Below, piece after piece: positions 26,251 through 39,234 of a DNA stretch of 64,000 nucleotides (position 1 is the first letter of the stretch; each line of letters begins with the position of its first letter). A model generated the notes under the pieces. It had not been told where the DNA came from, searched no databases, and saw only the letters and a list, made by a program, of their open reading frames with translations. The stretch comes from Squalus acanthias (lineage: Eukaryota). Both the position numbers and the translations under genes were made by a program. The stretch is taken from the NCBI GenBank assembly GCA_030390025.1, contig CM059433.1, positions 18,726,001-18,790,000 on the forward strand. Direction: 5' to 3'.

Positions 26251-27209
26251 TCTTGCGTGTAAATAAATGTTCAGCAGGCACCCTGCCCACATGCATACCA
26301 CTGCACTTTTCCAAGTTAGCACCATTCGCCCAGTCCCCCAAAGCATTTAGATCTGCCTGTAGTCGTCGAGCATCGTCCAGAGTCCTGATTTTTGCACATA
26401 ACTTGATATCATCTGCATCCTTGGTTAGGCCTCAGTTAGAATGCTGTGTCCCGTTTTGGTCTCCTCACATGGTGGGGAATATTGAGGCTTTGAAAAGGGT
26501 GCGGAGGAGGCCCCCAAAATTAATTCCCAGTTTAAAACACTTTAGATACCCAGACAGACTCAAAAAACTGGGTCTGTATACTTCAGAAAAGCGTAGACTT
26601 GGGCGATTTGATCAAGTTTTATAAAATAATGAAGGGTCTGGATTCTGTTTATGTGGACTAATTGTTTCAACTGGATAGGTTGGGGAGCACCAGGGGTCAC
26701 GCTAATAAGTTATGTAAGGGCAGAACGAGGTTGGATGCTAAGCAGTTCTTCTTTTCTTACTGAATCGCGGACCTGTGGAACAAGTTGCCAGCTTGTGGGG
26801 TGAACACTGATTCATTGTATTCTTTCAAGCAAGAGCTGGACCTGGTTCTGGCTGGGGTGGAGATCACCTTGTACAAGAGGTAGGTATCCTGTAATAGAAA
26901 TCAGGGTCAATGTGACCATGCAAAGAATAGAAGATGAAATTTAATGTCGACAAGTGTAACATATTGCACATAGCAAGGAAAAATGGGCAACAAACATACT
27001 GCATGATTGGTGTTGGAAAAGATAATGAGTCGGCAGCCCGATCTTCTTTTCCATTGAAGTCAATGGGCTGCTGATTCGTTATCGCTCATTTTGTGCTACT
27101 GCGAAGACCAATTTAATTTCTTTACCTGTCCCATTACCATCTCGTCTTGCCTTGAGCATCTCTTAATGTCTCTACTTACCATAGTTATTCCTCCCCCCAG
27201 CCTCCCCCT

Positions 27210-27347
27210 TGCTTTTTTATCCGTTTCATTTCCTGCTTTTTTTCTCAGTTCTGACGAAGGGTCTTCGACCTGAAACGTTAACTCTGTTTCTCTCTCCACG
27301 GATGTTGCCTGGCCTGCTGAGTTTTTCCAGCGTTTTCTGTTGTTGTT
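27210..27347 (+). mobile_element. Penelope-like terminal fragment with minimal hammerhead
   Basis: agtt-CTGACGA-agggtcttcgacct-GAAA-cgttaact. Confidence 0.75.
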
Positions 27348-29725
27348 CCAATTTAATTCCTGTTGGGTTGTGATGGCAAACTGGTTAAGCATCAGCCCAA
27401 TGTTGAATTTGTTGGGTATGGGCGAGGGGGATGTTTCAAGACAGATATGAGACATCAGAATCTCAGAGGAGAATGATACTCTCCCTCTAGATGAGGAGAA
27501 TGATGAGACCATATTTAGTGATTCTGCAGTGAATCATTCAGTCATTGTTCTTGTAATCATGCCTGTATTCTTAATTGTGCTGACCAATGAGATGTTAATT
27601 GAAGAACAGCTGCACATTTGGTGACAAGATAAGAGATTATTTCATGCAACAAACGCTGGCATCTGATTTGCTGGTCGTGACAACATGATTTATATTTCTA
27701 AATGTCTGCTGGGCATTTGCTTGTGTCACGACAATGTTATGTCGGCTTTCTCATGCAAATTATCTGCATAATGTGTTTGTAAAGAAAATATTTCTGCCTA
27801 GTTCCAATCCATTTGTAAAGTAGCTGAACAGACCACGTTCACACTGAATTACCTCAAATGTCTTTTATTCATGCCAATCGCTTCTACAATACGCAATACA
27901 CTATTCATAGGCTGAGATTACTGTTTTTGCTCTTGTATGTCACATCCACCACTGTTCTCCCACTGAACACAATGAGAATATAGGAGAACTAAACAGGTCC
28001 CCAGGTTATATAACTTTCATTCAGTACTGGCGTTCCCATTGCTTCCAATAAATGAAAAAGTATCAATGACTGGGGGAAAATTGCCACACAGGCCTTAATT
28101 TTAACTCCTGCCATCAGTCGAAAACAAGGTGGAGAGCAGTTAAAATGGAGCGGGGGTTCTGGCCGACTGCAATTTTAAATTGCATGCAGCAAGGGGGCCC
28201 ACCTCAAGCTGCAGGGGTCCTCTTTAAATATGCAGACCGGGCTCCGATGATGTCAAATTCCCCCCTGGGAGTTAAAATCGAGTCTTGCAGTTTTTGGCAT
28301 AACTTCAGTGCACAATCAGGGGAGGAAAACTCTGCGGCAGGAAAATGGGGCAGAAGCTGTTTTCTTCGGCTTTCCTCCTCAAAATCAATCCCCTTTGCCC
28401 CGAATATCATGGCGCGTTTTGACCCTTTCCGTGATCCGCTCACCGAGACCCGGGTGACCTTACTTGAATATATTATAATGAGACCCAGTTGCAAAGCCAC
28501 CCTGAAATGAGCATGCTCAGTCTGTCTAGTTCCTAGCGACATGGGCCTACAGCACAAAACTATCTGTAATATGGCACTAATTGGCAATCTCATAGGGAGG
28601 GGTCAGAGGATGGCTGCTGTGGGAAATGGAAATAATGTCACACTGGTACAGTCGGGGTGCTTTTCTGCGATTGGGGCTGAGGCATGTTGTTGGAGCAGTG
28701 TAGAGGGAGCTTTTCTTTGTATCTGGCTGTGCTGTACCTGGGCGTGGGGGGGGGGGAGGGGGGCTGAAATTGGTCTTTAACTGTAGTGCAAAACGAGTAA
28801 TAGCGAATCTTCAAGTCAATGGAAAAGAAATTCGGGCGGGGTGTAAAACGGACTGCTGATTCGCTATCGCCCATTTTCCACGACCACCGCTGCCCAATTT
28901 CATCCACAGGGTGCCTAAATCAAGAAGAGTCCATTCCACAGTGCTTGCACCCCTCACCTTGAGCACAAAACTGGCCTGTGCCCGCCCCTATTTGCAGTGA
29001 TATTAGAAATCCACCACTCAGTATTCCTCGCAACATCTTTTAGAACATGTTTATAAATCACCTCAAACCCATTTACGATGGCACTACACAAAGTGACCAG
29101 AGGAATTCTTACTCGGTGTGTTACAAAATATGGCTAATATTCCAGCTCCATTGGAATATCTTTCCCCACCAGCAACACATAATAAAAATTCAGATCTGCA
29201 CCACTAAAGATTTTACAACCATTTAGATGAATGGTTGGAAAGTCATGTACAATGCATGCCCAAATTTCTTATATATGCTTCCAGCAGGCAAGCCTTTCCA
29301 CTGGTCTTCAACTGCAGAGCAAAGTCCAAAAATGACCCCTTTTATAGACAACATTTTCAGATTTGTGCAAAATATTACTGTTGGTGTATTTACTTAAATA
29401 CTTGAAGGGGAGAAAATTGCAGGGTTATGGGGAAAACGCAGGGGAGTGGGACTAATGGGATCGCTCTTTCAATGAGCCAGCAACGGCACAATGGGCTGAA
29501 TGGTCTCCTTCTTGATTTACAGACTTAGTGCTGGAGTAAATGGAAGGCTTGCTCCAGCTCTGCTCTGTGCCATCATGTAATCTGACTAGATTTTAACAGT
29601 GGCATTGTGGAGCAAAAATATTGCCCCAAAATTCTGCAGCGTTTAATTGGTCTCCACTGTAACTCCAATGAGAGACCAATGGAACCCCAGGGAAATGGTC
29701 TAGATGGCTGAAAACAGCAACTTAC

Positions 29726-29846
29726 GATATTTCTCTGGGGGTTCAGCAGGTTTACTGCTGCAGTCACAGCGGGGTAACCGGTAGAAGCAATACGGAATTT
29801 CAAGGACACTGCTTTTCGACATCAGCTCAAAGTATTTACATTGTGT
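29726..29846 (-). CDS. Candidate exon of minus-strand gene (TQCKYFELMSKSSVLEIPYCFYRLPRCDCSSKPAEPPEKY)
   Basis: Acceptor tgcag, donor gtaagt, single open frame, unique sequence. Confidence 0.5.
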
Positions 29847-30404
29847 CTGCACCAGCACAAATAATGATCGAGTTAAAAGAAACACAGTTCAGTGTACCCT
29901 CCAAATGTTGACCCCAGCCAAGCTTTAATCAAAGGCAGTCCACATTAGCATGTTGCACTTTGAGCAAATCCCAGCAGCAACTTGTAGCTCTTTATTCTAA
30001 CACTGTGAACCATTTAATTTCCAAAAGACTGAAGCCCAGAAATCCCGCACATTCTTGAGGCCGTATTTGCTTGGCGGATGCGCAGAGGGATTGAGAGTTG
30101 CGGGGTGGGGGGGGGGGAGGGGGCAATTGGATCTTTTGGGTTCCACCCAATTGTTGGCTGCACCAACAAATTCTTAGGGGGAGGGTGGTGGCTACTTTTG
30201 CCTGTGCCCCCTTGTGTCCCAACCCCACTAGATATGTAGGCATTAGGCCCAGTAGTTACCCAGCTCCACAGAGACCAGGCGTTGATGCCATTCTGGCCTA
30301 CCTGCGGGCCCCACAAAGCCAAATCCAAGCCACCTGCCAGCATGGGAGCGCAGAACAAGATAAGTTGGCAACCTTTTTGTCTTCAGCCAAACTGCTATTT
30401 CATT

Positions 30405-30522
30405 TCCTGCTTTTTTCCAGTTCTGATGAAAGGTCTTCGACCTGAAACGTTAACTCTGTTTCTCTCTCCACGGATGCTGCCTGGCCTGCTGAGTTTTACC
30501 AGCGTTTTCTGTTGTTATTTTG
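30405..30522 (+). mobile_element. Penelope-like terminal fragment with minimal hammerhead
   Basis: agtt-CTGATGA-aaggtcttcgacct-GAAA-cgttaact. Confidence 0.75.
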
Positions 30523-31067
30523 GCCTTTGCTGCAGCTCGGTGCCACTCGGATATTCCGTTGAAGAGTGAACGCCCCTGTTGTGCCATTGGTGCCTGCCCC
30601 CAATATGTTAATGGCACCATCCCTGGGTTTCGGATGCAATGGCACTGACAGAATTTTTATTTTAAATTAATATTTGCTATTTTACCATTACAAATCTTTA
30701 GAGTGTGAGGCAAAATATAAATTCAATGCATCATATATTTGTACGCATCTATGTGGCAATTATCTCATAATCACTATGAATCCTGTGGTATTTGTTCTTC
30801 AACGATCATTAATTTTTAATATGCAAGCAAGACAGCATCAAACTAAAACCAACCAAGCTTAAATGACAACTTCTTATAGATCACAGTTATTATGCATAAG
30901 AAACCTTGAATATGCCCTTTAACAATTCATACTGTATATAGAGGATTCTCAGAGGGGAAACTATGTAAAATATTTAAGGGAAACTGATAGGGCTGTTTCA
31001 AATTGCTAAAATGTGATTTTTTTTTTGATTGAGTGGTGCTGTTGTTTGTGATGCTGCCCTAGAAGTT

Positions 31068-31865
31068 GGGTCGCATTGCACCTGTTTTTCAGGCACTGTG
31101 CGTCTTTTTAAGTGTCTTAAATGGTGGGCGGGAAAGGCGCCCATTCTTCTGAATGGAAGTGTGCAGCCCGCCATATTGGGTAAGGACAAACAAGAGGCGT
31201 CCTTTATCCATGCCTGAAGCAGGCGTTAGATCCTTTGCATATGCAAATATGGGGCCTAACTCCTGCTCAGGTCCCCGCTGCAACATTGGTTTTTCCTGAG
31301 GTAGCCAGTGCCATCGCTGGCTACACTCAGGAAATCAAACCCTAAAGCATAAAATAAGCAAAGTTACTTACCTGTAAAGCATCATTCCTAATCGCTGCCG
31401 CTCCCAGCCACGACTCCCCCCCGCCCCCCCCCCCCCCCCAATCCCCAAGATCTCCGATACTCGACCTCCAGGCTCCGACCTCCAGGCTCCAGCCCCCGAT
31501 CTCCCTCCCCCCTCAGCGGGGCACCAGCCTCCAATCTCCCTTCCCCCAGGCTCTGGCTCTCAACCTCTGATCTCCCCTCCCCCCACTCCCCGACCCCAGG
31601 CTCCCTGCCCCCGACCTCCCTCGCCCCAAGAGATCTCCAACCTCCAGGCACGGATGCCACGGTCCGTGATCACCCCCTCCACAGCCACCGATCACTTACC
31701 TACCATCTCTATGTGAATGAAGTCCGAAGCCCAATATCCTGGTCTTCTCAGACACTAAGATTCATGCGCAAGGTAATCACTCTATGCAAGGTGGGGGTGT
31801 GGGGGGTGCGGGTGTAGGGGGCGGCAGGGCATGTGCCCAAAAAGGGCACCCCCGAATTTCTAGGC
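31068..31865. mobile_element. Probable Harbinger-type MITE with C-rich low-complexity core
   Basis: Right end gaatttctaggcc is identical to the end of the MITE at 50364; left end uncertain; acttacc motifs inside. Confidence 0.45.
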
Positions 31866-33131
31866 CATTATATTATCACAAAGAATCCAAGGTTCAATTC
31901 CCGCAGGACTACTGAAATAAAAATTCTGTTTATCTGATAAATATAAAAGGGAAAATTAATGCAATTCCTCGTGAATAGAAAAGAAAGTCTTGCATTTATA
32001 TATAAGTCTCTCAGAAATGTCTCAAGGCACTTCATGTGCAATAAATTACTTTCAAATCTTTTGTAGGCAAATGCTGTAATCAATTTGCAACAGCAAGGCC
32101 TGGATTTTCCTTTTCCCGCCCCGATAGGTTCAGGCCTGGGCTTCTGATCACCACTCTGACCTTGCCGTGACCCCGACCCAGTGTTCTGGGTCGGGGGACA
32201 TTACGTATTCATGACAGGTTCCTGCCAGTGAAAGCCCACCAGTGACCCCACTGGAAGATCCATGTGATGCTGCAATTACACCACCGCTGCAACCCTAGCA
32301 GAGGCAAGAGGAAAATCTAAAAGGGCCACAGGACCCAGAAGATTGCATTCATTCTTTTACTGAAGGCCTCGGGCTTTCAGCAGGTAACTGATTGGAGAAA
32401 GATGGAGCAAGAGGAGGCCCTCTCTTCCCCCAATTCAATTACTATCACTATCCCAGGCTGACCACCTCACAGTTCACCAGGTGGTGCCAGGGAGTGGTGG
32501 TAAGAGGAGTGGATGAAGAGTCACAGAGTCACAGAGTTATACAGCACAGAAAGAGGCCCTTCGGCCCATCGCGTCCGCGCCGGCCATCAAGCCCTGTCTA
32601 TTCTAATCCCATTTTCCAGCACTTGGTCCGTAGCCTTGTATGCTATGGCGTTTCAAGTGCTCATCTAAATGCTTCTTGAATGTTGTGAGGATTCCTGCCT
32701 CTACCACCCTTTCAGGCAGTGAGTTCCAGATTCCAACCACCCTCTGGGTGAAAAAGTTTTTCCTCAAATCCCCTCTAAACCTCCTGCCCCTTACCTCGAA
32801 ACTATGCCCCCTGGTTATTGACCCCTCTACTAAGGGGAAAAGTTCCTTTCTATCTACCCTATCTATGCCCCTCATAATTTTGTACACCTCAATCAGGTCC
32901 CCCCTCAGCCTTCTCTGCTCTAAGGAAAACAACCCCAGCCTGTCCAGTCTCTCTTCATAGCTGAAGCGCTCCAGCCCAGGTAACATCCTGGTGAATCTCC
33001 TCTGCACCCTCTCCAATGCAATCACATCCTTCCTATAGTGTGGCGACCAGAACTGCACACAGTATTCCAGCTGTGGCTTAACTAGCGTTTTGTACAGCTC
33101 CATCATAACCTCCCTGCTCTTATATTCTATG

Positions 33132-34000
33132 ATGCGGAGATGCCGGTGTTGGACTGGGGTGGACAAAATTGAGAGGTCGCACAACACCAGGTTATAGTCC
33201 AACAGTTTTATTTGAAATCACAAGCTTTCGGAGCTATCGCTCCTTCCTCAGGTGAAGTAAATTGGATACAGAATCGCCAGAGCATATATAGATGGAAAAA
33301 AAAGCATGTGTACTTTACAATTGCAGACCAATAAATTAAATCATCCTGACTATCTGCCGAGGTGTGATAAAGTTAATTAAGTCAGCCAGGAAGGTACCAC
33401 ATCAAAAGACATAGCAAGATACAACTGAGACAATGAGGTGTAGTCGCAGGGGTTCTAACGTGTCAAAAGCTGCCGTCTGTATGTAAAACGAAAAGCTTTA
33501 AAAAAAATGTACTTTTTTACTGGGAAAATTTTTACTTTTTTACTGGGAATACACGATACATGTCACGATACATGACGTGATCCGGACTCGAGTCGTCGTT
33601 AGCTTGTTCACAGATGTGATTCCCAGTAAAAAAGTAAAAATTTTCCCAGTAAAAAAGTACATTTTTTTTAAAGCTTTTCGTTTTACATACAGACGGCAGC
33701 TTTTGACACGTTAGAACCCCTGCGACTACACCTCATTGTCTCAGTTGTATCTTGCTATGTCTTTTGATGTGGTACCTTCCTGGCTGACTTAATTAACTTT
33801 ATCACACCTCGGCAGATAGTCAGGATGATTTAATTTATTGGTCTGCAATTGTAAAGTACACATGCTTTTTTTTCCATCTATATATGCTCTGGCGATTCTG
33901 TATCCAATTTACTTCACCTGAGGAAGGAGCGATAGCTCCGAAAGCTTGTGATTTCAAATAAAACTGTTGGACTATAACCTGGTGTTGTGCGACCTCTCAA
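33132..34000. mobile_element. Penelope-like element insertion with inverted terminal repeats (383-bp arms)
   Basis: 14-bp TSD tcttatattctatg (33118-33131, 34001-34014); arms 33168-33550 and 33619-34001; ~36-nt tail on one side only. Confidence 0.88.
33915..33950 (+). ncRNA. Minimal hammerhead ribozyme motif (mirror copy 33219-33254 on minus strand)
   Basis: CAC-CTGAGGA-aGGAGCgataGCTCC-GAAAGCTT-GTG: core boxes, stems I and II, palindromic stem III. Confidence 0.75.
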
Positions 34001-34152
34001 TCTTATATTCTATGCCTTGGCTAATGAAGGCAGGTATCCCATATGCCTTTTTAACCGCCTTATCTACCTGTCCTGCTGCCTTCAGGGATCTATGTACATG
34101 CACACCAAGGTCCCTCTGATCCTCTGTCCTTCCTAGGATCCTACCATTCATT

Positions 34153-34893
34153 GGGGCAGAAATTCGGCTGTTGTCGGGTGAGTACGCACTGTGTACTCAC
34201 CTGTGGACGGAACGAAAGTGCTGGTTTCTTGCATACACTGCGCATGCACGGGAAACTGGCACTTCCATTCCCCTGAGGAAAGGGGTTCAGAGGTCGAATG
34301 CGCACGCCGGAGGGCCAGCGCGTTCGCCTCGCACTTCGGATTTTTTTACAGGTTCCTCCGTGAAGGTAAGCACGGAGAAGATACACTTTTAAAAAGGATG
34401 CGCAAGGCCTTCTTTTAACAAGGTAAGTGTTGATTTTATTAAAATTTAAACATTTTTTTCACAGATTTATCTTTTTTAATTACTTTAAAAAAAGGTAAGT
34501 TTAGTTTTAGCCCTGTTAAAAAATGTAATTAATTTTTTCAAAAATTTAAATTTTTGTTTAAAATAGTTAATTAATGTAATTTATAGTTATTTTTAAAATG
34601 TGATTAAAAAAAAAATATATTTGTAGTTTTAGGGATGTTTTGGGGCCGATCTGTATTCATAGATTTGACAGGTCTTCCTGTCAAATCTATGAATGAAAGA
34701 TGGTCTGCTGTCATTGCCTCTCCATGGCCCACGTGATCCCAGGGGATGCATCGCACTAACTACGCCCCTGGGAGCTGCAGGAGGCCCAGGAGCCGAAGTC
34801 CCCGTGGGCCCAGAGGTCAATGGCAGGCGCGGTAGGTAGGTGCGCGCACGATCCTTGCACCCGCGGGAAGCCAGGGAGCCGAATTTCTGGCCC
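34153..34893 (+). mobile_element. PIF/Harbinger-type MITE, family X copy C
   Basis: TIRs ggggcagaaattcggct / agccgaatttctggccc; same internal module order as copy A. Confidence 0.85.
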
Positions 34894-35077
34894 GAATCGT
34901 GTATTCCCTTGCCTTGTTAGTCCTCCCAAAATGCATCACCTCACTTTTCAGGGTCAAATTCCATTTGCCGCTGTTCTGCCCATCTATCCATCCCATCTAT
35001 ATCGTCCTGTAGCCTGAGGCTTCCCTCCTCGCTATTTACCACTCCACCAATTTTTGTGTCATCTGCGAACTTACTGA

Positions 35078-35338
35078 TGTTACTTACTGAGAAATGGGCT
35101 GAGAACCCAGCAACCACTTCTTTAAGTCAAGGTGACCCGCTGATGTGGGAAGTGTGGCGTGTTCTTTATTTTGTATCATTATACAAAGCTAGGTTATACT
35201 GATAGAACAGAATGAATCTGAACATAAGAGTTGCTCTGTATGTTTACCACTGTGAAATAAAGTTGCTCAATGACGTACGGAAGCGACTGATGCCATTGAA
35301 TCAAAGAAGGCATTGACGGCAGACCTAAATTTGTAACA
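35078..35338 (+). mobile_element. Possible LTR
   Basis: TGTTAC...GTAACA inverted termini and internal AATAAA; no TSD recognised. Confidence 0.4.
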
Positions 35339-35605
35339 ACAATGAATTAGAAAGGAGAACAACACGGAAACTTAGCTACGAAGGAACAATAAAGGATGTT
35401 TGACCAACGAGGAAGAAAAAATATGACAGGCATACTCCAGCGTCATGACTTAGAAGACACAAGAAATCTTAGTATAAAGAGGCTCAACAAGGTGTCAGCC
35501 ATGGCTCAGTGGTAGCGCTGTGGATATTAATTGTCAAAAAATAAACTTCCACCATTTTTCAAATGCACTTTTATTGCTATCCAATATTATTATGCCCAGC
35601 ATAAG

Positions 35606-36635
35606 CAAAATACTGCAGATGCTGGAAATCTGAAATAAAAACAGAAAATGCTGGAGATACTCAGCAGGTCAGGCAGCATCTGTGGAGAGAGAAACAGAAT
35701 TAACGGGCCAGAAATTCGGCTCTTGTCGGGTGAGTACGCGCTGTGTACTCACCCGTAAGGCCACCTGAAGTGTCGGTTTCCTGCAGGCACTGCGCATGCG
35801 CTGGAAACCGGAACTTCCGTTCCCCTGAAGGAAGGGGTTCAGAAGTCGAGTTCGCTGCGTGCGCGCTGCCTCTCCCGCGCAGCGAACTTCGTTTCTTTTT
35901 TCAGGTTTCTCCGTGAGGGTAAGTATGGAGAAGCTGCACTTTTAAAAAGGAGGCGCAAGGCCTGTTTTTAACAAGGTAAGTGGTTAATTAAGTACAATTT
36001 AAACATTTTTTCAACAGGTTTATCTTTTTTACGTACTTTAAAGAAAGGTAAGTTTATTTTTAGCACCGTTAAAAAGTGCAATGAATTTTTTCAAAAATTT
36101 AAATTTTTGTTTACAGTAGTTAATTTATGTAATTTATAGTTATTTTAAAAATGTGATGTTTTTTTAAAATTTATTTGAAGTTTTAGTGTGGTTTTGGGGC
36201 CGATCAAGGGATATGGGGAGAAAGCAGGGACAGGGTACTGAATTTGGATGATCAGCCATGATCTCATTGAATGGCGGAGCAGGCTCAAGGGGCCGAATGG
36301 CCTACTCCTGCTCCTATCTTCTATGTTTCTATGTTTCTATCTCTATTCATAGATTTGACAGGTCTTCCTGTCAAATCTATGAATGAAAATTCCCTGCTAC
36401 GATTGGCTCTCCATGGCCCACGTGATCCCAGGGGACGCTTCGAACTAACTGCGCCCCTGGGATACGCAAGCACTGTGCGCCAGCAGCTGCAGGAGGCCCA
36501 GGACCCGAATTCCTCGTGGGCCCGAAGCACAACGGCAGGCACAGTAGGTAAGTACACGCGTGATGCTTGCACCCGCAGGAAGCCGGAGAGCCGAATTTCT
36601 GGCCCATTGTTTCAGGTCGATGACCTTTCGTCAGA
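35606..36635 (-). mobile_element. Penelope-like terminal fragment split by MITE copy D
   Basis: 35606-35704 and 36609-36635 join into the PLE end/hammerhead seen intact elsewhere in the window. Confidence 0.8.
35705..36605 (+). mobile_element. PIF/Harbinger-type MITE, family X copy D, with nested CR1 3' tail (~36205-36338)
   Basis: Perfect TIR gggccagaaattcggctc / gagccgaatttctggccc; colinear with copy C apart from the CR1 tail insert. Confidence 0.88.
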
Positions 36636-39234
36636 TAATACTGTTATTATGCCCAGTTTCAATAAGGTGTGCAAGATGGTCTAGTCTGTCTATACCTCCA
36701 TGTTACATGGCAATCATTGATGACACGCCAGAGTGGCCAATAGGAAAGTTGTGGGATAGATTTTCCAACTATTTTTTCTTCCCCTTATGGTAGCTTTGCT
36801 GCTCTGACTTACTCTGCTTAGTGTCCAAACTAAGAATTACGAACATTTTTCTACTGGGACAATTACTGCAGATTTTTTTTTTGCTCATCTTTAGTGGCTC
36901 ATCCTTCTATCTATTTCATGAAATTACTGACATATATATATTTACATCCTTTATCGGTCAATATTAAATGACAGACAGTCTATGACAACTCCCATGTTAG
37001 ACTTTCAGGATATCATTACCTTCCTTGACACTGTCATAAGTTGTAACTTTCCCACATTACAACAGTGACTACAATCCAAAACAGTACTTCATTGGCGGTA
37101 AAGCGCTTTGAGACGTCCAGTGGTCATGAAAGGCGCTATATAAATGCAAGTCTTTCTTCTTTCTTTCTTTGCACCACCTTTCCAAATCTCACCTACATCT
37201 CTCCTAAAAATAGCATTCATGTGTTTTTAGCAAATACTTCAAGCTGCCTACATGTTAGTAATACACAGTTGATCCAGCACACCCCCTCTCACTCTACAAT
37301 TTACCAATTTCAGTGACAGATTCCCACCATCTGTGAAGAAGTCCATTCTTCATGTTGTCTATCCCAATGTCATCAGTGTGATTTTTCATCCTGGTCCAAT
37401 CTGGTTTATTTCCAGATCTGGACCCTTTGAATGTGCCCTTTGACCTTTGATATTTCACCGGTGAAAATTCATTAATTCCCTGTTATCGGGATGGAGTGAG
37501 TCTGTTGTGGACTCTGAGCTGTGGCTATTTGATACAGAGCTTTGGATCATGTAATCATTGACAAATAGCCATAATGCTGGTTAGGAGTCAAGAGTTGTTA
37601 GCATTTTCTACAGCTCTCGGGCACTGTTTGTCACATGCGCCTGACATCCATGATAAGCCAGCAATATTTTTATACTGGATTAATGTTTGATGTCAAACTC
37701 AGTGTCCTAAAATTTCATCTGCCATTTATCCTTCTGGATTTTCAAAAATTCCTTAACCTACGTACCGTTATATATTTTTGTGCAAAAAAGAGAGAGAAAA
37801 TTACAGACTGAAGCAACAATAATCAAGAACTCTTTTCGGGGGGCCACCATTTATCCATTTACCTTGGTTAACGTGTTCATCCTCTGTCCCTCAGCCTATA
37901 CTTACAAAAGGACTACTGTCTTCTATATGCAAAGACAGAAAGAGACTTCTTGAACAATAGACTATTACAAATATTGAAGTTCAATATTTCTTTAGTGATT
38001 GGAACACTTCGATTGCAAACTTCTCCACTTAAATTGAGAGCCTTCCTTAATCAGTTGTTGGAAGGAATTTTGTTATGTCACTGGTCTCCTTTCTGAATCA
38101 ATAATAGGAGCATAATAATTCCCTTTGTAGCTCACTGGATTGAGGCCTCGGGAACGGGCTGGGACAGCCTCCAGCAAGATAGGCTGCGGGGGTGTGGGAG
38201 GTCATGATCGCGGAGTGTGAGGGTCCCGGAGTGGCTAGCAAAAATCTATCGCTCTCAGATTTAAAATGATTAAGTGAGCTAGCCTCTACTGCTTTTTGTG
38301 GGAGAGAGTTCCACACTTCAACCACCCTTTGCATGAAGAAATATTTCCTAAGGATTTTAAGGATATTTTCCTTTGTCTGCACCACCGGAAAAATGTTCTC
38401 TCTATCTACCCTATCAATTCCTTTCAAAATCCTAAAAGCCTCAATCAAATCACCCCTTAACCTTTTATATTCCAGGGAATATAAACCTGGTTTATGTAAT
38501 AAAAACAGAAAATACTGGAAATACTCAGCGGGTCAGGCAGCATCTGTGGAGAGACAAACAGAGTTAACGGCTGGAATTTTCCGGGATGTTAGCAGGCGGG
38601 ATTGGTGGCGGGTTGGTTGGGAAATTTGATATTTTTGCCACGCGCCTTTCCCAATGTCGGGTCTGTCAACGCTGAGCAGACCCGGCATACAGCAGCGGGC
38701 GACCCAATTCAGGTCATTAGTGGCTTGTTTAGAGCCACTTAAGAATTATTTTCAGCTTATCTTTTGCATTTGACAGCTTGCCCACGGGGTCAATGCTGGT
38801 CGTGGACCACGTCTGTCAAGCTGAGGCGGGAATTCAGTGGCCATGGATTCAGCTGTTGAGTTGACAGCTTCAAATGTAAAGTAAAAGCTCCCACCTTACA
38901 GAGATATCTTCCCTCAGCCACAAGCTCTTCCTCACTGCATTTCCACTACAGATTCACCATGCTGCAAGTCTTTACACAAGTCTCCATCCAGTCTGACCTC
39001 ATTACCTCTCTCACCATTGACAGATCACTTCTCTCATCTCTACTTCACCTGCCATCTATTCCATCAGCAATGGGTGCCCTTTATACTCTCTCACCTTGGT
39101 CCTCAGAATCCCACCACGATCAGCCCCAACACCAACAACACCAGGCACACCAGCAGCACCAACAACAACACCAACCTTCTCCGCAATCAACTGATGCTGC
39201 ACAGGACAGAGGGCATCAGCACCCGACCACATTA

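Larger units (their letters stand above)
32520..35077 (-). mobile_element. CR1 fragment hosting a PLE palindrome and MITE copy C
   Basis: KPQLEYCVQFWSP..RGDLIEVYK motif; coding sequence resumes after each insertion. Confidence 0.9.

Noticed and set aside
33168..34001. Palindrome as an assembly fold-back artefact
   Set aside because: It is bounded by a 14-bp TSD, the host CR1 resumes in register, and a second family shows the same architecture. Long reads would still be the final test.
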